A stretch of DNA of 51,025 bases, taken from positions 1 through 51,025 of the forward strand of contig JBHIAB010000003.1 in NCBI GenBank assembly GCA_046758385.1. The letters run 5' to 3'. This DNA is from Candidatus Methylomirabilia bacterium (GTDB lineage Bacteria > Methylomirabilota > Methylomirabilia > Rokubacteriales > CSP1-6). Numbering within the stretch: the stretch's first letter is position 1; every line of letters begins with the position of its first letter. The translations under genes were made by a program, and so were the position numbers. Positions 45,049-51,025 of the stretch are shown piece after piece. Under the pieces are notes generated by a model. It saw only the letters and a program-made list of their open reading frames with translations. It searched no databases and was not told where the DNA came from.

Positions 45049-45987
45049 ATGCACGTCGGTTACCTCCTCACTCGCGCTGCACAACGCTACGCCGAACGCG
45101 CCGCGTGGCTGGAAGGTGACATCATGATTGCCTTCCGTGAGGCCGAGAGGGGCGTGAACCGCCTCGCTCGTGCCCTTCTTTCCCTGGGCGGGCAGCCCGG
45201 CGACCGGGTGGCGATGTTACTTCCTAACTGCTACCAGGGACTCGAGACGCTCCTGGCCCCGATGAAAGCCGGGATGGCCGTGGTCCCGATGAACGTTCGG
45301 CTCCATCCGAGTGAGCATGAGTACATGTTGAACGACTCCGGCGCCTTCGCGCTGGTGTACGGCGCGGAGTTCCGTGCGCACCTTGGCCAGATACGAGGGA
45401 ACCTGACGAGCATCAAGCACTTCATCTGTGTTGGGCTCGGAGCGTCCGGCGACCTCGGGTACGAAGAGTTGCTAGACGGTCACGAGGACACGCCGCCAGA
45501 GCCAGCCATCGATCCTGACGATCTGGCGTGGATTTTCTGCACCTCGGGGACGACTGGGCATCCGAAGGGCGCCATGCTCACCCACCGGAACCTCATCACG
45601 CTGGCCGAGCAGTTTCTTCTGGACATCAACCCCGTGGAGCCCGGCGACGTTCTCCTTCACGCCGCCCCCATCACCCATGGGTCACGCCTCTCCATTTTCC
45701 ACCATATCGCACGGGGAGCGGCCAGCGCGTTTCCGCCCACGCGTTCTTTTGACCCGCCCAGGATCTTCGAGGCAATCCAGCGCTACCAGGCCACCACGAT
45801 GTTCCTCGCTCCTACGATGGTCCACATGCTGGTGACGAGCCCGGACAAGGCCAACTATGACCTCTCGAGCCTCCACACGATCTTCTACGGGGGCGGCCCG
45901 ATGTACGTGGAGCAGCTCGTGGACGCTGTGTGCGCCTTCGGCTCGATCCGCGAGCTGAGGGATCGCTACTGGGCTGGTCGCGCGTGA
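45049..45987 (+). pseudogene. Acyl-CoA synthetase (AMP-binding) with a large internal deletion
   Basis: TSGTTGHPKG P-loop present; after YGGGPM..AFGSI it jumps to the terminal RELRDRYWAGR. YGxxE, TGD and catalytic-Lys regions are absent. Confidence 0.85.
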
Positions 45988-46318
45988 AAGGTCTGAGGCG
46001 AATGACCTCGGCTCTCACCGCTCCGTCAGATCCTCGGGTGTCGCCACCGACCCAGAGTGAATCGTTGCGCTCAACCCACCGCGCGCCGCCAGGAGTCGTG
46101 TCTGTTGACCCGGACGACACTTGCCTCCTGGGGTAAGGCTTCCTCCGATGCCCGCCTGCCCGGCGGAACATTTCAACACATTCACGCCGGGCGAAACTTC
46201 CAGAACGAGTTGGCCCCTACGCGCATGCGAGCAGAGTGAGCATGTTACAAGACGACAGCCCACCAACAATACGCGGGTTAAGCCCCATCCGAAATCATCC
46301 GGCCCTGGAGTGGCCCAT

Positions 46319-46348
46319 TTCCCCTCGCCCCCACTGGGGGGAGGGGAA
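46319..46348. repeat. GC-rich REP-like/terminator hairpin between convergent genes
   Basis: TTCCCCTC.CCCC / GGGG.GAGGGGAA inverted repeat. Confidence 0.45.
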
Positions 46349-46411
46349 GAGGGAGAGCTTCAGCACCGCCTCTCGTCCCCGTAGCAGCGCCGACGTATTT
46401 TCCGATCGTGG

Positions 46412-47428
46412 CTAGGTTGTCGTGAGATCCTGCCGCAAGAACCGGGCTGTCTCCTCAGGTCGGGCGGTGTTGATCCGCATCCCGGAACCGATCTCGAAAC
46501 CAGCGATGGCGCTGAGACGCGGCACGATCTGAATGTGCCAAAGATAGTACTCTTCATCTTCACCATCGACCGGAACGGTATGGAGGACGTAGTTGTAGTC
46601 CGGATCGTTCAACGCCACGGCCAACCGGCCGAGGGTCCATTTGAGGACGCCTGCCAGCTCCCTCACCTCCTCCATGCTGATGTGGGCGAAGCAGGGGCAA
46701 CGGCGTGTCGGAACGATCCAGGTCTCAAACGGGGATTGGGACGCAAAGGGGTGGAACACGACGAACCCCTGGGTCTCCAGGACGATCCGCTCGCCGGCCA
46801 TCCGCTCTGCCTCGACCAGGTCCGAGTAGAGGCAGCGGCCCGTGACGTCGTAGTAGCGGACGGCTTCCTGGTACTTCCGCCGGATGAAGGCCGGGACGAC
46901 AGGGGTGGCCACGAGCTGCGAGTGGGGATGTGAGAGGGAGGTTCCCGCAGTCTCCCCGTGGTTTTTGAAGATGAGGATGAGTTTTACCCGTCGGTCCTGC
47001 CGCAGGGCGAGATACCGATCCCGGTACGCCTGCAGGATCCGCTCGACTTCCCCCTCTTCCATAAGCGGGACGAAGCGGTTATGGATGGGGGTCTCGACGA
47101 TCACTTCATGGTAGCCCACGCCGTCCATCACTCTAAAGACGTTCCCGTTCGCGCGCCGCTCGGTGCTTCCCTGCGGAACGAGGGCGGAGAATTTGTTGGG
47201 GATGACCCGCACCGTCCAGCCGCGTGCGTCTGCCCCCTCGTCCTCCCGATACGCCAGAACCTCCGGCGGCGTCTCTGCTTCGTGGCCAGGACAAAATGGG
47301 CACGTATCGTCGTAGGGGAGCAGCACCTTTTTGACCGCCTGCCGTTTGAAGTCCTGGGGCCGCTTCGCCCGGTCTGTGGCGATGATGATCCACTCTTTGG
47401 TTGTGAGATCCTGTCGGAGTTCCGGCAT
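46412..47428 (-). CDS. galT: Galactose-1-phosphate uridylyltransferase family protein
   Basis: RAKRP, CPFCPG.E, PNKF, FKNHG..AGTSLSHPHSQ, AGFEIGSG. Confidence 0.94.
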   Translation of the reverse strand: MPELRQDLTTKEWIIIATDRAKRPQDFKRQAVKKVLLPYDDTCPFCPGHEAETPPEVLAYREDEGADARGWTVRVIPNKFSALVPQGSTERRANGNVFRVMDGVGYHEVIVETPIHNRFVPLMEEGEVERILQAYRDRYLALRQDRRVKLILIFKNHGETAGTSLSHPHSQLVATPVVPAFIRRKYQEAVRYYDVTGRCLYSDLVEAERMAGERIVLETQGFVVFHPFASQSPFETWIVPTRRCPCFAHISMEEVRELAGVLKWTLGRLAVALNDPDYNYVLHTVPVDGEDEEYYLWHIQIVPRLSAIAGFEIGSGMRINTARPEETARFLRQDLTTT

Positions 47429-47484
47429 GGTCTCGTCTGTCGTGTGACAAGCTCAGCGAGAGCTTCCGATGCGAACGCGTCTCG

Positions 47485-48109
47485 TCAGGATTGTTGCCCG
47501 TGGATACAGCGAACTGTCTCCTCCGCGATCGGCACCTCCTGGTCGACAGGCATCACATAGGCATGAAGACGGGCCTCATCGGCGCTGATCCGTCCTTCGG
47601 CCCCCACCATCACGGGGGCCAGGTCGCCCCGGGAGGGTCCGGTGGAAGGCCGTGTCGAAGACGGCCACCATGGGGACACCCGGTCCCAGCGTCGCGCGGG
47701 CCGCCCGGATCCCGCTCACGGATGCCGGGTTGTGAAGCGGGGCGAGCTCATTGAGGCCCTCGATGGCAGCAATAACTGCGCCGTCGATCAGCACCGGTGT
47801 CGCAAAGCGGTCGCCACCGTGGACGACGCGATGCCCGACGGCATCCACCTTGCGGAGCGTCCCACCATCGTGTGCGTCGAGCCAGGCAAAGACCTTCAGA
47901 ACGGCCTCCTCGTGATTGCGAATCGAGACCGTCTCGCGGTGTGGGGCGCCGCCGTCAACCAGAACCGTGCACGTTCCCTCACCGCCTATGCGGTCGATGA
48001 GGCCGCGTGCCGGCCTCGAGGTCTCTGCTTTCAACGTCGAGCGGAGCGCAGGCCCGACGACATGGAATTTCACGGAGGAGCTTCCAGAGTTGAGCACCAG
48101 CACCCTCAT
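47485..48109 (-). pseudogene. ackA: Acetate kinase with internal deletion and frameshift
   Basis: VLNSGSSS.K, GHRVVHGG, LAPLHNP, VFDTAFH, then in another frame the C-terminal RIS..YVMPVDQE..IAEET. The central part is missing. Confidence 0.88.
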
Positions 48110-48131
48110 GGGAGCCAGCCCTTCTGGTTCC

Positions 48132-49382
48132 TCACAGCACATCCCTGATCAGGCGTAGCTCGTCACGGACCAGCCGGGGGATCAGGAACTCCTCACGCAC
48201 CCGCTCGCGGCCAGCCCGTCCGAAGGCTCCCCGTTCGCCAGGCCGATTGAGCAGCTGCACCACGCGCTCGGCGCACGCCTCGACGGTATCGACCAGATAC
48301 CGCTCAAAGCCGTGCGGGAACTGCATGGGGATGCCACCCGCCTTTCCCGCGACGACCGGCTTCTCCTTCCAGAATGCCTCCGACACCACAAGGCCAAACC
48401 CCTCGCGCAGCGACTTCTGGATCACCACGTCACAGCCGCGCTGAAACACATTGACCTCCATGCTCCCCACGCCAGACATGTTGGTCCACACATACATGTC
48501 CGGATCCTTGGCCGACTCTTCCTCCACCAGGTTCAAAATCTCCCACCCCTGAGGATCGTCGCTTGCCATAAACCCGATGAGGGCCAACTGCACCCCGGGG
48601 ATCTCCTCCTTGATCAGCCGGTAGGCCCGAATCACGCCGAGGGGATCCTTCCAGGGATCAAAGCGTGAAATCTGAACCAGCAGGGGGCGACTCGGATCAA
48701 TACCCGCATCCGCGATGGCCCCCCGGCACACATCGAGAGGGAGCTCCATGTTCTTGGTGGCGAGAGGGTCAATGGCCGGGGCAATCTGGGCGACCCGACC
48801 GGCCTGAAGCCCCGGCAGCAGAAACTCGGCCATGGTAAAGACCACGGCATCGTATTCCTCAATGAACGGCCGCAAAAAGCTGCTCACTGTCTCATCGGGC
48901 GCCGAGGTGTCGATGTGGCACCGCCAGATCCATTTGGCCCCCCGCGGGCCGGCAAAGTGGCGGAAGGCAGCCGGCTGAGGGTCATGCACGATGAAGACAT
49001 CGTAGTGAGCATCGAGCAGGGCAGCGCTCTCCTCGTTGACCTGAAGGTAGAGCTTCTTCTGGGACTCTTGCAGATCGTGCGGGCCCCCCTGGAGGGCGTT
49101 ATGGAAGGCCTTGGTGATCTTAAAGAACTCCGGCTGGCCGTAGATGAGCCGCCAGTCTGCCGAAATCTCCAAGGCCTGAAGCACTGGCACATAGCGGGCT
49201 AACAGCTCGGCCACCCCCCCGCCGGTGGCCGTTGAGTTGATGTGACAGATCCTGATCCCCTTCAGCTCCTCGACCAGAGCGCCCATTTCCCTCATGAGCT
49301 CTTCACTGACCAGCATGCGGTACCTTTGGGCGTTCGCTGAGATAGCAGCGGAACGGCGTCCAAGGCTTACGTTTGGCAGCAC
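48132..49382 (-). CDS. treT: GT4 trehalose synthase (TreT-like)
   Basis: HINSTATGGGVAELL, HDPQP, WRCHID, SRFDPWKD, QKSLREGFGLVVSEA; GTG after SD ggagga. Confidence 0.88.
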   Translation of the reverse strand: MLPNVSLGRRSAAISANAQRYRMLVSEELMREMGALVEELKGIRICHINSTATGGGVAELLARYVPVLQALEISADWRLIYGQPEFFKITKAFHNALQGGPHDLQESQKKLYLQVNEESAALLDAHYDVFIVHDPQPAAFRHFAGPRGAKWIWRCHIDTSAPDETVSSFLRPFIEEYDAVVFTMAEFLLPGLQAGRVAQIAPAIDPLATKNMELPLDVCRGAIADAGIDPSRPLLVQISRFDPWKDPLGVIRAYRLIKEEIPGVQLALIGFMASDDPQGWEILNLVEEESAKDPDMYVWTNMSGVGSMEVNVFQRGCDVVIQKSLREGFGLVVSEAFWKEKPVVAGKAGGIPMQFPHGFERYLVDTVEACAERVVQLLNRPGERGAFGRAGRERVREEFLIPRLVRDELRLIRDVL

Positions 49383-49927
49383 GGCTGTCCTCCGTTCAGT
49401 CTGGGATCACCCACTCGCACACAGGGACGTTCCTCGCTGATTCCGCATAACGCGCTGGCCCCTATGTCTGATCTTAACAGGCATACGTATCGGGGGGGTA
49501 CACCTCCTGAGCGGGTTCCCAGAGGGCAGGTCTACGGTGGTGGATTAGTGCCGTGCCGATAACCGTCGCATCTCTCCGTCCTCGGTCGTCGCCGTTCCTT
49601 TGCGAGCACCCAGTCCCGCCGCAGGCGGGCTGGGTCGTAGTACGCCTCTGGTGGGCTCCTCGCTGCGTCCTGCACCCACCTTCGGTGGGTACCCGCCTCG
49701 GTTCTCGGCGCGGCGCCAGTGGCGTCCTACCAAGATTGGACACAAACGTGCAGATGTTGGGCGAACAAGCAAGCCACCCGGACAAACGGTCGCCACAACA
49801 GAGCCAGCGTTGGCAAGCTGCCTGCGTTCGTCGCTGACCATCCTCCCGGGTGGAGCATGCGCGTCCCGGGCGGAGCCCCAATCCCTCTCGATTACGGACG
49901 GCCCACGCGTAATACCCCCCTTTTCCG

Positions 49928-49953
49928 TAAATCCTGAAAATGATTCTCGATTG
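49928..49953 (+). promoter_or_regulatory. Weak sigma28-like promoter candidate for the flagellin
   Basis: TAAA-N14-CTCGATTG versus consensus TAAA-N15-GCCGATAA. Confidence 0.25.
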
Positions 49954-50085
49954 CTCCCTCATGGAACGCTCCTGACCTCCCGAACACTCCAGTTGCGTTC
50001 CACGCCGCCTGCCTCCGGCAAGGGGGAAGAACACAGGGGAAGAAGCGGAGGCGACGGCAACACACAGAAGTCAAACCACTAAACC

Positions 50086-50105
50086 TCTGGGCAGGGATGC
50101 CCAGA
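50086..50105 (+). promoter_or_regulatory. CsrA-type binding hairpin in the flagellin leader
   Basis: TCTGGGC-AGGGAT-GCCCAGA: 7-bp stem with an ANGGAN hexaloop about 40 nt before the ATG. Confidence 0.6.
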
Positions 50106-50146
50106 AGCCGGTCAAGCCCGGCACACACCCAAGGGGGGGTAACAGC

Positions 50147-50977
50147 ATGCCAGCCATCGGTGATCTCTCACGAATCCGAACCAACCTCGCGGCCCTCAAC
50201 GCCCTCGAAGCCCTGAGGAACATCAACACCCGCCTCAACATAGCCAACCTCAGGCTCTCGACCGGCAAACGAATCAACTCCGCAGCGGATGACCCCTCGG
50301 GGCTCACCCTGTTCAACTCCCTGGACGTGCGGGCAAGGCGGCTCGCCACGGCCCTGAACAACGTCGGCGACGCCTCCAACGTCTTGACCATCGCCGAAGG
50401 GGGCCTCAACAACATCCAGTCCCTCCTCGCCCAGATGCAGGAGAAGGTCACCCTGGCGGCCAGCGACACCCAGGGTCAAAACGAGCGGGCCGCCATCTTC
50501 AACGAGCTTGAGCAGCTCGCCGAGGAGATCGACTCCATCGCCCAGCTGACCCAGTTCAACGGGGTCGTGCTCCTGACCTCCACCACCCTGACCTTCCAGA
50601 CCGGACCGGACGGGGCGAACACCTCGATCTTCAACCTCTCCAGCGCCTTCACCTCGGCATCCCTCGGGGTGAACAGCCTCACGGTGGCGAGCCAGACGCT
50701 GGCCAGCACCTCGCTGGGCTCGGTCTCTGCCGCCATCAGCTCAGTGGCGACCGCGCTGCAGCAGGTGGGCGCCCAGCTCAGCCGGTTCAACATCAAGGCC
50801 GAGAACCTCGCCATCTCGCGGCTCAACACCCTCGCCGCGGCGAGCCGGATCATGGACGCCGACCTGGCCGCGGAGCAGCTGGAGTCCTCCAAGCTCCAGA
50901 TCCTCCAGCAAACGGCCACGGCCTCGCTGGCTGCCGCCAACTTGGCTCCCGCGAGTATCCTGGCCCTCTTCCAGTAA
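50147..50977 (+). CDS. fliC: Flagellin (short, D0/D1 only)
   Basis: RIRTN, RLSTGKRINSAADDPSG, TQFNG, SRIMDAD.A.E, QILQQ. Confidence 0.95.
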   Translation: MPAIGDLSRIRTNLAALNALEALRNINTRLNIANLRLSTGKRINSAADDPSGLTLFNSLDVRARRLATALNNVGDASNVLTIAEGGLNNIQSLLAQMQEKVTLAASDTQGQNERAAIFNELEQLAEEIDSIAQLTQFNGVVLLTSTTLTFQTGPDGANTSIFNLSSAFTSASLGVNSLTVASQTLASTSLGSVSAAISSVATALQQVGAQLSRFNIKAENLAISRLNTLAAASRIMDADLAAEQLESSKLQILQQTATASLAAANLAPASILALFQ

Positions 50978-50999
50978 CCCAGACGCGCTCGGGGCAGGG

Positions 51000-51025
51000 G
51001 GGAGGCCGGTTGATCCCGCCCTCCC
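51000..51025 (+). terminator. Hairpin after the flagellin (probable terminator; any U-tract is outside the window)
   Basis: GGGAGGC..GCCTCCC inverted repeat. Confidence 0.5.

Noticed and set aside
49555-49562. Perfect sigma28 -10 element GCCGATAA
   Set aside because: No TAAA at the right spacing, about 590 nt from the flagellin, and it abuts a MITE-like end.
50080-50106. TAAA-N15-GCCCAGAA as a sigma28 promoter
   Set aside because: Lacks the CGA core and coincides with the CsrA-type hairpin, which would need to be transcribed.

Overview
GC-rich bacterial window with no rRNA, intact tRNA or CRISPR array. It has five parts. (1) 1-17.4 kb is an accessory segment bracketed by two near-identical copies of the 3' end of a MerT-like gene. 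It holds an orphan mxaRSACKL-like MoxR/VWA chaperone operon, a small Zn-finger gene, a patatin, decayed primase, sigma70, mlaA and mlaE remnants, and a putative copper/redox operon (Cys-repeat membrane protein, cupredoxin, DUF2231-like protein, NDH-2, GH15). (2) 17.4-26.2 kb carries acyl-CoA and housekeeping genes plus a promoter-to-U-tract structured sRNA candidate at about 19752-19909. (3) 26.4-38.9 kb is an uncharacterised catabolic cluster with a Liv-type ABC importer. (4) 38.9-41.3 kb is a decayed integration hotspot (tRNA 3' fragment, IS remnant with inverted repeats, tyrosine recombinase scrap). (5) 41.3-51 kb has a TRAP transporter, internally deleted acyl-CoA synthetase and ackA pseudogenes, galT, treT and a minimal flagellin with a CsrA-type leader hairpin. 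The best candidates for something new are the sRNA (with a 16-nt match upstream of treT), the NPC-repeat/cupredoxin/NDH-2 module, and the client-less mxa-like operon. All family calls come from reading motifs by eye; no database search or folding program was run.
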